Shown here: positions 1 through 12,130 of the stretch, in pieces
Layout: each line of letters starts with the position of its first letter
Numbering within the stretch: the stretch's first letter is position 1
NCBI GenBank assembly: GCA_951406725.2
Contig: OX597823.1
Location: forward strand, 82,212,001-82,276,000
Length of the DNA: 64,000 nucleotides
Source of the DNA: Octopus vulgaris
Lineage: Eukaryota
Reading direction: 5' to 3'
Made by a program: the position numbers and the translations under genes
The notes under the pieces: generated by a model
Databases searched by the model: none
What the model was told of the DNA's origin: nothing
The model's input: the letters and a program-made list of their open reading frames with translations, nothing else

Positions 1-228
1 TTGATGGAAAGTGTGAGCTAATGTACAATACATATATTTTATCACTATAAACAAAACATTCGGCAAAATCTGAACACTCCTATGTCACCTTCGACGGGAG
101 AGTCCATCATAATGAAAACCTCAAGTCGTGGTAGCTATATTTCACAAGGCCTATGGTTTTCATTCATATATTTACTCTTTTAACTGATGGAGAGCTACTC
201 TACTTGTTGAAGCCTTGCCCCCTACACA

Positions 229-297
<69 letters not shown>

Positions 298-302
298 GTT
301 TA

Positions 303-476
303 GGAATAAGTGCGGCTGTTTTGGTAAGAAGATTGCTTCCCAAGCACATGGTTCTGGGTTCAGTTTCCTTGCGTGGCACCTTGGGCAGGTATCTTCTACT
401 ATAGCCTCTTGCCAATCAAAGCCTTGTGAGTGAATTTGGTAGACGGAAACTGAAAGAAGCCCGTCATATTTATATA
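303..476 (+). mobile_element. tRNA-derived SINE family A, 5' half (3' half resumes near 1245)
   Basis: A/B-box-like head (gctgttttggtaag...ggttcagtttcc) and CORE-like gcaccttgggcagg; matches the intact copy at 22272-22678 up to its internal (TA)n. Confidence 0.85.
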
Positions 477-479
477 TAA

Positions 480-922
480 TTCTTGTGTCTCTGCTGCAAG
501 GCTTCATTGCCATACGCGCCAGCTTAATTCAATTCGTCCTTAATAGAAATAAACATGTTGTTATGTCCTGTTATTTTTATTGTATTTATTATCGTATTTA
601 TATCTGTGTAACTTAGTCTGTGTTTTCCGTCTTTGTTTTTGTATACATTCCTTGCTTTCTTCCAAGGAATCTAATGCTCTTAGCATAGTTTTTTCTTTGG
701 AGCTAGCCAGATTGGAGTAATCTCAGGAATAATCAGCCGAAATTGCGAGGATAATCTGGTGCTTGACTGAGGAAAGAAAACTTCGAATGACCCGTTCTTG
801 TTTTCTTTGTATCGTCTATCTGGATGTTTTGTTGTCCCTTTTTGTATTACCTAGCTTTCCGGATGTTTTGCGTTCACGTTCCATTTGTATTATATATATA
901 TGTAGCGGCGTACGTACACTTT
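480..922. repeat. Unclassified interspersed element inserted in the SINE A internal microsatellite
   Basis: Non-SINE sequence between the two halves of a SINE A, bounded by TA and (CT)n(TA)n tracts. Confidence 0.45.
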
Positions 923-978
<56 letters not shown>

Positions 979-999
<21 letters not shown>

Positions 1000-1118
1000 A
1001 TCAAAATAGTTTGATTCAAATTCGTTGGTGATCTTGAGTTTGAAGCGTGATGCTAGTCGTCAGCATCACACTTGAATCTCAAGTGTACCAACGAATTTGA
1101 ATCAAATTATTTTGACCC
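979..1118. repeat. Fold-back (inverted repeat) element between (TA)n tracts
   Basis: About 57-bp arms ggatcaaaatagtttgattcaaattcgttggt...gtgatgct / agcatcac...accaacgaatttgaatcaaattattttgaccc with a 7-nt spacer. Confidence 0.85.
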
Positions 1119-1151
1119 ACAAATGTAAATCCCAATAAATGTTTCCACTCA

Positions 1152-1201
<50 letters not shown>

Positions 1202-1244
1202 CGTGTGAATGTATGTGTGTTTGTGTGTGCGTGTTTGTTTGTTT

Positions 1245-1430
1245 TTGTGTCTGCGTTTGTCTCTCCATCACCGCTTGACAACCGATGTTGTATTTAGGTC
1301 CCCCGTAACTTAGCAGTTCAGTAAAGCAGACCGATAGAATAAGTACTAGGCCTAAAACATAAGTCCTTGGGTCGACTTGTTCGACTAAAAACCTTTCATG
1401 GCTGTGGTTCAGGATTAAAAGAATAAAAGC
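1245..1430 (+). mobile_element. SINE family A, 3' half
   Basis: cgcttgacaaccgatg...ccccgtaacttagc...gaccgatagaataagtactagg matches the 3' half of the 22272 copy. Confidence 0.85.
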
Positions 1431-1446
1431 ATATATATATATAAAA

Positions 1447-1495
<49 letters not shown>

Positions 1496-2485
1496 AACAC
1501 ACACACATCGGGGGGGGGGGTGTAGGGCAGGAGTTCTCAGAATCAGTAGCGCTTCGAAAAAAAAAAATTCAGTTTATTTTCTTATGTATATGTTGTGTGC
1601 TTAGAGTTACGTATTTTGCTTTTCTTTTCTTCATCAGATGTATTACGTACTGTGCAGAGTTGTGTTCTATCAACGGATGGTAATAGTGAAGAATGTTAGA
1701 TGTATGAACTGTTGGTGTTACTGTGTTGTTTATCGATTATTCTAATCGATGTAAGCTCATATTGTATTTAAAATACGAAAAAACAAACACAGAAACAAGC
1801 AAAAAACAATGGTAAGACACTATTGTATGGAAAAATCTGATAGCTCAATATAAAGTTAATACATTATAATAAAATACATCCGAAATTCATTATGTTCAAT
1901 GTCAGCATCACAAACGATTTTATTTTTGCATTAATAACTCACGTCAAAAGACGATGCAGCAATATCCTCTTTAGAAAACAAAGAGGGTCAAAATATCAAG
2001 AATATTCTTTCACTCTGAACTTGAATAAGGTATCGATTCACAGGAATAATTCAAAGAATTCAACCCTCAAGTTAGCTGTTCTTTTATTTTTACGATAACG
2101 AGCAGATTCGTGAAGTTGTGTGAACATGAAATATTGTTTAAATACGGACGTGTTAAAAATATCACATCCCCCTGGCAGTTGAAACAAAACTGAAGTAAAA
2201 ACACTTTCAAATGAGATGGTGTATTTTAAAATATTGAACGGTCCGTATAGATTTTTAAGTTATATAATACCACAGCAAAGGCAATAAATAAATGAAGAAA
2301 TAAATAAATAAAAATAAAATATGACGTATATTTTGTTTGATATAATTTCAGCAGGGATGGATAGCGATAGGGAAAAGTAATGAATATAGAACGAAATTGT
2401 ACGGTAGGAAAAAATGTTTTTTGCTGCAGTTTCATTCCATATTCCTTTATGTTTTGTGAACTAAAAATAAATGATTTTTGATCAT

Positions 2486-2666
2486 TCTTTTACTCTTTTA
2501 CTCTTTTACTTGTTTCAGTCATTTGACTGTGTGCATGCTGGAGCACCGCCTTTGTAAGCCTAGTACTTATTCTATCGGTCTCTCTTGCCGGACCTCTAAG
2601 TGACGGGACGTACATACCAGCATCGGTTGTCAAGCGATGTTGGGGGGACAAACACAGACACACAAG

Positions 2667-2705
<39 letters not shown>

Positions 2706-2862
2706 GACGGGCTTTTTTCAGTTTCCATCTACCAAATCCACTCACACGGCTTTGGTCGGGCCGAGGCTATAGTAGAAGACACTTGCTGAAGGTGCCACGC
2801 AGTGGGACTGAATCCAGAAGCATGTGGTTCGTAAGCAAGCTACTCACCACACAGCCACTCCT

Positions 2863-2867
<5 letters not shown>
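2486..2867 (-). mobile_element. SINE family A, full length
   Basis: Reverse complement of the 22272-22678 copy, with (gtaaaaga)n tail and internal (TA)n. Confidence 0.9.
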
Positions 2868-2921
<54 letters not shown>

Positions 2922-2971
2922 TGTATGTATATGTATATGTATGTATGTGTGTATGTAATATATGTATATAA

Positions 2972-3010
2972 GTCTTTAATGTTTCGAGCATACGCTCTTC
3001 TACAGAAAGA
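2972..3010 (-). ncRNA. Degenerate minimal hammerhead-like motif (CUGUAGA variant)
   Basis: Minus strand tcttt-CTGTAGA-a-gagc-gtat-gctc-GAAAC-att-aaaga; second copy on + at 25544-25580. Confidence 0.45.
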
Positions 3011-3223
3011 ATAGTCAAGGAGAGTAATAAGATGGAAAGAGAAAAGAAAAGAACATAGCACCGAATGCTGAAATGACTTGCAGAAGAAACTGATCAATAT
3101 ATATTCCCTCGTTGTTATATTTTGGCTGCATTTGTTATCACTCTTTCCATCAGTTTTCCTCTTATAATGTATATTCCTCTCTTTATAATAACACCAACAA
3201 CAATAAGAAGAATTATTGTCATT

Positions 3224-3405
3224 AAGGCGGCGAGCTAGCAGAATTGTTAGCAAGCTGGGCGAAATGCTTAGCGGTATTTCGTCTGTCTCACGTTCTGAGT
3301 TCAAATTACGCTGAGAACGACTTTGACTTTAGTCCTTTTGGTGTCGATAAATTAAGTACCAGTTCCCCTACACAAATTTTAGGCCTTGTGCCTTTAGTAG
3401 AAAGG

Positions 3406-3461
<56 letters not shown>

Positions 3462-3765
3462 CCTCATCATTACAGGAAGGCGATGAGCTGGTAGAATCGT
3501 TAGCACCCAGATATCTCGTCTGTCACTACGGTCTGAGTTCAAATACCACTGAGGTCGACTTCGCCTTTCATTCTTTCGGGGTTGATAAATTAAATACCAG
3601 TTGCGTTCTGGGGTAGATCTAATCGACTGGCCTCCTCCCATCAAATTTCAGGCCTTGTGCTTATAGTAGAAAGAATTATAATTATTATTAGTTGTAGCAG
3701 TTGAAGTCTAGTAGCAGCAGCAACAACAACAGTAGTAGTAGTAGTAGTGGTGGTAGTAGTAGTCA

Positions 3766-3799
<34 letters not shown>

Positions 3800-4160
3800 C
3801 ATAGTAGTAGTGGTGGTGGTAGTAGTATTAGTAGTAGTAGTAGTCATAGTAGTAGTGGTGGTGGTGGTGGTGGTAGTGGTGGTAGTAGTAGTAGTCATTG
3901 TAGTAGTGGTGGTGGTGGTAGTAGTAGTAGTCATAGTAGTAGTAGTCGTAGTAGAGAAGGCGGGCTGCTGGCAGGACCATTAGAATGCCGGACAAAATGC
4001 GTAGTGCCTTTTCGTCCGTTTTTTACGTTCCGGCGAGATCAACTTTCCTTTTGTCCTCTCGGAATCGATAAAATAAATGCTACTTGATCACTGGGGTCGA
4101 TGTAAGCGACTGGACTGCTTCCCTCAAGAATTGCTGGCCTTGTGCTAAAATTTGAAACGA
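3224..4160 (+). mobile_element. Three SINE family B copies (3224-3406, 3477-3676, 3957-4160) separated by (ATT)n and (GTA/GTG)n tracts
   Basis: Each starts aaggcg(g)cgagctggcagaa; core ctgagttcaaat...gaggtcgactttgcctttcatcc...gataaattaagtaccag; tail ggccttgtgc...gaaa. Confidence 0.85.
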
Positions 4161-4295
4161 TTATTCGTAGTAGCATGAGCATTGTAGCTTCTTCTTCTTC
4201 TTCTTCTTCTTATCTTCTTCTGCTCCTTCTTCTTCTTCTTCTTCTTCTTCTTCTTCTTCTTCTTCTTCTTCTTCTTCTTCTTCTTCTTCTTCTTC

Positions 4296-4770
4296 CAATC
4301 AGGACCCACACCATTAGCCACAAAGAATAATCTCTAATTCGAGCCTACTCTAAGCTACTAAGAATGCGTGTGGAAACTTGAAGATCCACCCACCATACGC
4401 GATAGACGGGTGGTTGACAGGCGTGAAAGCTACGTTGTTATTCTCATTCCGTAAACGGTGGCTTTTAACGGGTGGAGAGGTGAACCATCCTGTGGTACAG
4501 AGGATAAACAATCTAGACTAGGGTCTGAAAGTTTACCACTCTATTGTGGGTTACACCGTGGTTCTTCTGCGTTGTGGTAGAAGTAGGAAGAAAGAGTGAA
4601 AGAAAGTTGTGGTGAAAGAGTACAGCGGGGTTCACCCTCCACCGCCGGGGCCACGTGGAGCTGAGGTGTTTTTGCTCAATAAACACTCACATTGCCCGGT
4701 CTGGGAATTGAAACCGCGTACTTACGACCGCGAGTCCACTGCCATAACCACTGGGCCATTGCGCCTCCAC
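4296..4770 (-). mobile_element. tRNA-derived SINE group C with (GAA)n tail
   Basis: Minus-strand head gtggaggcgcaatggcccagtggtta...ggtttcaattccc; body shared with the 37988 and 51110 copies; abuts (TTC)n at 4188-4295. Confidence 0.8.
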
Positions 4771-5353
4771 TGTAGCTGTTGTGTTGTCGATGCTACTGCT
4801 GCTGCTGCTGTTGTTGTATATTTCAAGGAATGACAGAAACGCTTGCAACGCTTCTTTGCGCTATAAGTTTCACACCTTCCACGATTCAATTTGCCTTTCG
4901 TTCCTCCAATATCAAGTGAAAAAGTATCAGCAATGTGCTACGTTTGATTCAATTAACTATATTTCTCCCAATAAACTTCTGGTCTCATGTTAAAATTAGA
5001 AATTTATATAATGAATGATTAAAAAGAATATTTCCTGACTTTTAGCTTCAAATTGAAGTTGATTAACTAGAGGCAAATAATAATCGAATTTGATAAACAT
5101 ATTAAATTGATTATCGCCTTCTCTATTATTTGCAATATCATCTTATTTGTTCAAATTTTGGTAAGAAAATTCTGAATTGAAAGTTTTCTAATTATGTGAT
5201 ATCGCTGTCTATAATCGATATGTTTACTTTTGTCAAAATGTGAAACGCAAATAATGTAAGAGATAAAATTTTAAAGTCATACAGACATTGCATTGAACTG
5301 CGAAATTCTTTTGATTTCAGGAAGGAAAATATCCTGCAGAATATATGCCCCTG

Positions 5354-5406
<53 letters not shown>

Positions 5407-5900
5407 CACATATATATAAAGAAAAAATGGAGAAATATTGGACAACGTTTGACTTACGTCAATTACTATTTATCAATTCAATACAAATAGACTGCACCCT
5501 ATCTAACAGCTGTTTCTGCCTCCAATATTGTATGGTATTGCCATTGATATGCTAAAAATATTTATCATATTTGGTTATAAAATCGATCTGAAATATGGAG
5601 CTTCATCAAAGTGAAGGATAAATAAAAACATAGAAGAGCCTAGAGAAGAAAAAGGATAAGTTGAATTACTTGTGTATATCTTTGTATAATGACGAATTAT
5701 ATAAATTTATAAATATGGATAATATCGATATCTAATTTGTATTCACTGCGGTGTTTATTTTGACCATATCGCGCTTTGAGATGTTTGGCGGGAATTTAAC
5801 CTGGTCTTGCACATACGTGCATATATATGTATGTATTAGCGTTCGTATATGTAAGTATAACGTATGTTCTGTATATATATATCTGTATTTATGTCACTAT

Positions 5901-5973
5901 CTGGTATATTCAACTGAAGAAGGCAGAACTTCTCTGAAGCAAAGCCAGAAATCCAGGATCTTGAATTATCCAG
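5901..5973 (+). ncRNA. Type I hammerhead ribozyme, intact core
   Basis: Stem I attcaa(5908-13)/ttgaat(5961-66), extendable by ctgg/ccag; CTGAAGA 5914-20; stem II ggc...gcc; GAAA 5948-51; stem III atcc-a-ggat; cleavage triplet AUC ending at 5960. Confidence 0.8.
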
Positions 5974-6110
5974 TAAAATCTTTTTTTGCTAGTTTATTTT
6001 GTCTCTCTGTCTTTCCTCCTGGCGTGATATGGACATTTAAGGTGGTTTTAGGGTCAGGGTTTTGACTGCTATTTCAGCATGGTGGTATCTCTCAGATACA
6101 CTAATTTATA

Positions 6111-6180
<70 letters not shown>

Positions 6181-6183
<3 letters not shown>

Positions 6184-7345
6184 CAGAAAACTTGGTGAGT
6201 GGCTGCACAACTTCCTAAAAGATAGAAGGCAGGCAGTGGAGGCCAATGGTGCCACCTCCAAGGAAACGCAAATAACAAGTGGTGTTCCACAGGGCACTGT
6301 CTTGGGGCCACTGCTGTTCATAGTGGCCCTTTCAGACATGACCTCAGTTGCTAAGATGGCCACCCTTGCTAGCTATGCAGATGACACAAAGTCTCTCAAA
6401 CCATACAAAACCCTGGAAATAGTGCACATCTGCAACAGGAGTTGGATACAATATACAGGTGGACTGAGGACAACAACATGCACTTTAATGCAGGGAAGTT
6501 CCAAGCCCCGCGCTACCGGCACACAAAGGCGAACGACATGCAGACCGGAAACACTGGCCTGGGAAGAATTGCAATTCCTGAGTCAAAATCAGTGCGTGAC
6601 CTGGGCATTGACATGAGCAATGATGTATCTTTCCAAGTGCATATTGCCAATTTGGCAATAAAATGCAGACGGCTAGCTGGATGGATCCTCCAAACTTTCA
6701 CAACGCGAGAGAAGGAGACACTGATGGTCCTTTGGAAGACATTCGGCCTGAGCCGCTTGGACTATTGCTCCCAAATATGGTCACCACACAATATAAAGTT
6801 AACAGCAGAACTCGAAGCAGTTCAACGAAGCTACACTAAGAAGATCGTCTTAATGCAACATATCATCTACTGGGAAAGACTGAAAGTATTAAAACTCTTC
6901 TTCCTGGAGCGAAGGCGGGAGAGATATGCAGTGATATACTTCAAGAAAATCCTGGAGGGTCTTGTTCTGAATTTTGGCATTGAAAGTTACTCCAACAGCG
7001 GAACGGGGCGCCACTGCATCCCAACATCACCATGAAAATACAGAACCAGATACTGCAACAGCTTGGGTTTCAGCTCTTCAATATCCTCCCTAAATGCCTG
7101 AGAGACCTGCTTGGTGTGGATGTGAGTTTCTTTAAAACTAAACTTGATCTCTTCTTGTCAGGGGTTCCAGATGAACCTACCTCTCGGCAGGAAGCACAGA
7201 TGCGGGTAGCGGCGTCGAACTCCCTTGTTGACCAAGTACCACATATCAGAGGTTGTTTCACATACTAGCGTAGCTCATACAACGGTGGTGCCCCAGCATG
7301 GCCGCAGCTTTCTGGCTGAAACATTTTAAAGGATTTAAGGATTTA
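6181..7345 (+). mobile_element. 5'-truncated CR1-group LINE: frameshifted reverse transcriptase C-terminal region and 3' tail
   Basis: ORF track gives SGVPQGTVLGPLLF...YADDTK, then WTEDNNMHFN...DLGI...LDYCSQIWSP...LEAVQR...ERRRERY and FKTKLDLFL; ends in short ggattt repeats. Confidence 0.9.
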
Positions 7346-7350
7346 TATCG

Positions 7351-7381
<31 letters not shown>

Positions 7382-7384
7382 TGT

Positions 7385-7466
<82 letters not shown>

Positions 7467-7534
7467 ATATATATATACTCATTGATGAAATTGAAAGTAA
7501 TGAAATTTTTGTATTTGCTTGGTAATAACTGACA

Positions 7535-7820
7535 TGCCATTGGTTACGACAACGTAGGCCCCAGTTGATCCGATCAACGAAGCCTGCTCGTGAAATTAAC
7601 GTTCAAGTGGCTGAGTACGCCGGAAACATGCATACCATTTATGTAGTTTTCAGTGTGATCCAGCTAGACACAGAGTGTGACATGACTAGCTCTTTGAAGT
7701 ACAGGTACAACTCATTTTCGTCAGCTGAGTCGAGTGGAGCACCGTGAAATAAAGGGTTTCATCAAGGACCCAACGAGCCGCCACGGCGAATCGAACTCGC
7801 GACCTTACAACCGTGAGACA
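7535..7820 (-). mobile_element. SINE group C variant (CORE-like body, tail shared with the 37988 copy)
   Basis: ccagttgatccgat...gcctgctcgtgaaattaacg...cacagagtgtgac shared with 38019-38165; cagctgagt..tggagca.cgtgaaataaag shared with 33845-33880. Confidence 0.75.
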
Positions 7821-8811
7821 AGTCCAGAACTCAGGAGTTGCAAAATGAATATTCAACATTGTCCCTTCGAGAGATGTTTATTCACGAATCAATCTCCCGC
7901 CTGTTGATAATAACTGGCTCTAATTGATTTGAAACCAAACAACTACTGGTTTTGTGTGTGGTTGTGTGTATGTGTGTGTGTGTACATGTGTCAGCGTATG
8001 TGAGTCACGTGTGTGTATATATATATATATTTATATATGTACACTATGTTTATATGTTTATACATAGAAACATACATACACACACATGTATATGCATATG
8101 AATATATACATATATATGTATATATGAATACGAGTGTGTGTATGGCAATGTGTGCATGAATGCGTGTGTATATATATATATGTAGATATGTATATATATT
8201 TATATAAATGTGTGTGTCTCTCTCCCTGTCTCTGTCTCTGTTTGTCTGTCTGTCTGTCTTTCTATATATATATATATATATATATAAGTATATGCATTCA
8301 TATGAATATGTATATATATGACTACATGCGTTATATGTTTCTATACGTGTGTATACATGAGGGCGTGAGTGTAGGTGTGTGTGTGTTGGTGCGTGCGTAA
8401 GAGCAAGTGTACTTGCGTGAATGAGTGAGTGTGGTTGAGCAAAACAAGTCTTTCAGTGCATTAAAACGATATCTTTTTTCGTCAGTCACTGCCAGGGGGA
8501 TAAAAAAAATCCCAACAAAAAACCAAGAATCATATTTTTCTTTTCTCCTGTTTTCGTTCCATTATACGTTAATGGCTTATCATAACAGAATATAGGTATT
8601 AAGTATAAAACTTAATGGTGAGACCAAAGGTAAACATGGAACATTATTTCCTATTTAAAGAATTAAATTAGCACAAGTTGGTCTCATCTTCAACAATGAA
8701 CTATTTTGATCTAATTATATTTGTAGGTGACTATTTTCGTTAGGAAAAACACAACGCAAACTGAAAAAAAAAACAAGGAAATGAAATTAGAAAGAAAAAG
8801 GGCAAAAATTG

Positions 8812-9028
8812 TCATCACCATAATTACCACCACCACCATCATTATCATCATCATTATCATCATCATTATCATCACTATTGTTATCACCACTACCACCACT
8901 ACCTCTGTCGTCATCATCATCATCATCATCATCAAAGCCTTGTGAGTGGCAACAAGAACATAGCAACAACAGCATCCTCAATGTCATCATCACTGACGTC
9001 GACGTCACCATCGTAGTGGTGGTGGTGG

Positions 9029-9076
<48 letters not shown>

Positions 9077-9240
9077 CCACCACCACCACCACCACCACCA
9101 TCGTCATCGTCATCTGCAACAGCGGCAAGAAGTATCAACAACAACAACAACAACAGGTGCAGTGGCAGTATCAACATGAATAACAAGAACATCAACAACA
9201 GCAACAACAACAGTTGCAAAGCAACACCAACAACAGGAGG
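8812..9240. repeat. Degenerate (CAT)n/(CAC)n/(CAA)n trinucleotide tract
   Basis: Direct reading. Confidence 0.9.
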
Positions 9241-9379
9241 TGTTCTTTCTTCGAAACAGAAAGTCAGCTACTGATTAACAATTGTTCTGTAGCAAATCCT
9301 TGAATTTTCAGATTTTCCGTTCACTTGAGAAAAATAAAAGATATTAATGGCTTCCAATCGTTTTTCTTTATATACAATG

Positions 9380-9455
<76 letters not shown>

Positions 9456-9467
9456 TAATAATAATAT

Positions 9468-9971
9468 TGGAAGTGTTATCATGTACATTGTTTTGTCTTG
9501 GTATAAAAGATGGGCTACAGCAAATATTCTGCTCAATACCACAGATTTGCTTGTCAGTTGTTTGACCTTAACCATTTGAGCATGTCCCTTAGTGACTGAC
9601 GATATGTGCATCTCTGATCACCAGTAGAAGTAGTGGGGGAGCATCATAGCCATGTGTTGAGAGGGATTCTTTTTGGGGTTTGAATAATTCACCTCTGGAA
9701 ACATGGGTGTTTCGTTCAACGTCCTTAAACAACCCTTATTCAGGGACCTTTTGAGCGGGATGGGTTACTCGATCTGAAGAAAATTCTAACTGGGCTCCAC
9801 CTGCAAGGTCATGTGCTGTTTATCTTGATATGAGATCACGATGTCGCGCACATATGGTTGTGATGCATGTGCCTGGTGTACCCTTATCAGACGGATAGTC
9901 ATGATGGGTATACTGGGCTTCGTATATTTTACCCCAGTGTCACTCTGATGGCATGCTCTGCTCGCTCACTC
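9468..9971 (+). mobile_element. Unclassified ~500-bp insertion in (AAT)n, probably the 3' end of a non-LTR element
   Basis: More GC-rich complex sequence with sharp boundaries, flanked by (AAT)n on both sides. Confidence 0.5.
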
Positions 9972-10002
9972 AATAATAATAATAATAATAATAGTAATAA
10001 TG

Positions 10003-10072
<70 letters not shown>

Positions 10073-10368
10073 TGATGATGATGATGATGATAATAATAAT
10101 AATAATAATGATAAAAATAATAATAATGATAATAATAATAATAATAATAAAAATAATAATAATGATGATAATGATGGTGATGATAATAATAATATTAATA
10201 ATAATAATAATAATAATAATGTTGATGATAATAATAATAATAATAATAACAATGATAATAATAATGATGATGATGATAATAATGATAATATTAATGATGA
10301 TGATGATGATGATGATGATAATAATAATAGTAATAATGATAATAGTAATAATGATGATAATGATGACG

Positions 10369-10402
<34 letters not shown>

Positions 10403-10449
10403 TAATAATAATAATGATAATGATAATAATAATAAAGATAATAATAATA

Positions 10450-10480
<31 letters not shown>

Positions 10481-10484
10481 TAAC

Positions 10485-10538
<54 letters not shown>
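9972..10538. repeat. Long (AAT)n/(GAT)n microsatellite
   Basis: Direct reading. Confidence 0.95.
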
Positions 10539-10539
<1 letters not shown>

Positions 10540-11226
10540 GTTTTTATGAAAATAAATAAATGTTGCTGCATATCAGGAATGTTTGTAAATAATTAACATT
10601 TTCTTTCCCCCAAAGAAACAGAGCATCACGTAGAATATTTCAGATTTGAAAAGTAAGAACTCTGGGATCATTAAGTCCTGTTATTGATAATGGTCCAAAT
10701 GTATCATAATATTACCCCCACCACCACCACCACCACTTTCTTTCAATATATAATGTATTTAATTTATTATTATAATGTTTTTCATTGTATAAAATAATCC
10801 CAATGGAAGTAAATTGCTGTTATGAAAGGAAGGTTAAAAAATGATAAGGAAAAATTAGTAAAGCAATAAACGTATTAAAAATATAATAAATGAGATTAAG
10901 GAAAACAGAAAAGCAAGAAATAACAACGGGGAAATAAACAATAATGAAATTCGCTTGAGAGACGATGAAAAAAACCCCGATCTTTCGTTTCCAACCCTCA
11001 CCTCTTTCCAGAAGTGTTTTATTCCTCTCTTTTTTTCTAATTGTCTCTATTCCCTGCATGTTTTTCCAATTTCACACCCACCTTCTCTATCCTCTACGAC
11101 CTCGTAATGGTGTCAAGTCGGTACACACTTAACGGCAACAGGCGCAATCAATTTTATGGCGTTTTAGAAATTTCAGCTTCATCGTTTCTCTTGAAAAACG
11201 AATTAAAATAAAGGTTTTTTTTTTTC

Positions 11227-11622
11227 GCAGGCGCTTGTCGTGTGGTAAAGAAGCTTGATTCCCAACTATGTGGCTACGGGTTCAGATCAAGTGCGAGTCC
11301 ACCAAAACTTTATGGATGGATTTCATACATGGAAACTGGGAAACTGAAAGAAACCGTCATACACACACACACACACACACACGCACACCGATTCTTTTAT
11401 TCCTTTTCCTTTTACTTGTTTCAATTATTTGACTGCGGCCATGCGGGAACACCACCTTCAGTTGAAGAGATCGTTCCCAGGACTTATTGTTTGTAATCCT
11501 AGTAGTTATTCTATCTTTTGTCGAACCGTTATATTTCGGGGATGTAAACACACCAACATCGGTTGTCAAGCGATGTCAGGGGGAGAAACACACAAATATA
11601 CATATACATACACATACATACA

Positions 11623-11698
<76 letters not shown>

Positions 11699-11930
11699 TA
11701 TGTATATATCTATCTACCAATTTATTTCTCTTTCTCTCTGTTTCAGTTTCCGTCTTACAAATCCACTCACAAGGCTTAGGTGGGCCCGAGGCTACAGCAG
11801 AAGACACTTGCCCAAGCTGTCACGCAGTATTTTATCGACACCGAAAGGACAAAAGGCAAAGTCGAATTCGGTGGAATTCAAATTCAGAACGTAAAGACAG
11901 ATGAAACGTCGTTAAGCAGGGATATTGCCT
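11227..11930. mobile_element. SINE cluster: A fragment (+, ~11227-11360), A copy (-, ~11395-11828) and B fragment (-, ~11830-11930)
   Basis: Matches to the family A and B sequences seen elsewhere in the window. Confidence 0.75.
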
Positions 11931-11980
11931 TCGACAACTCATCACAAACTTCATGACATAATAACAACAACAACAACAAC

Positions 11981-12130
<150 letters not shown>

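Noticed and set aside
760-800. CTGAGGA-aag-aaaa-ctt-cGAAT as a hammerhead
   Set aside because: No GAAA and no convincing stems I or III
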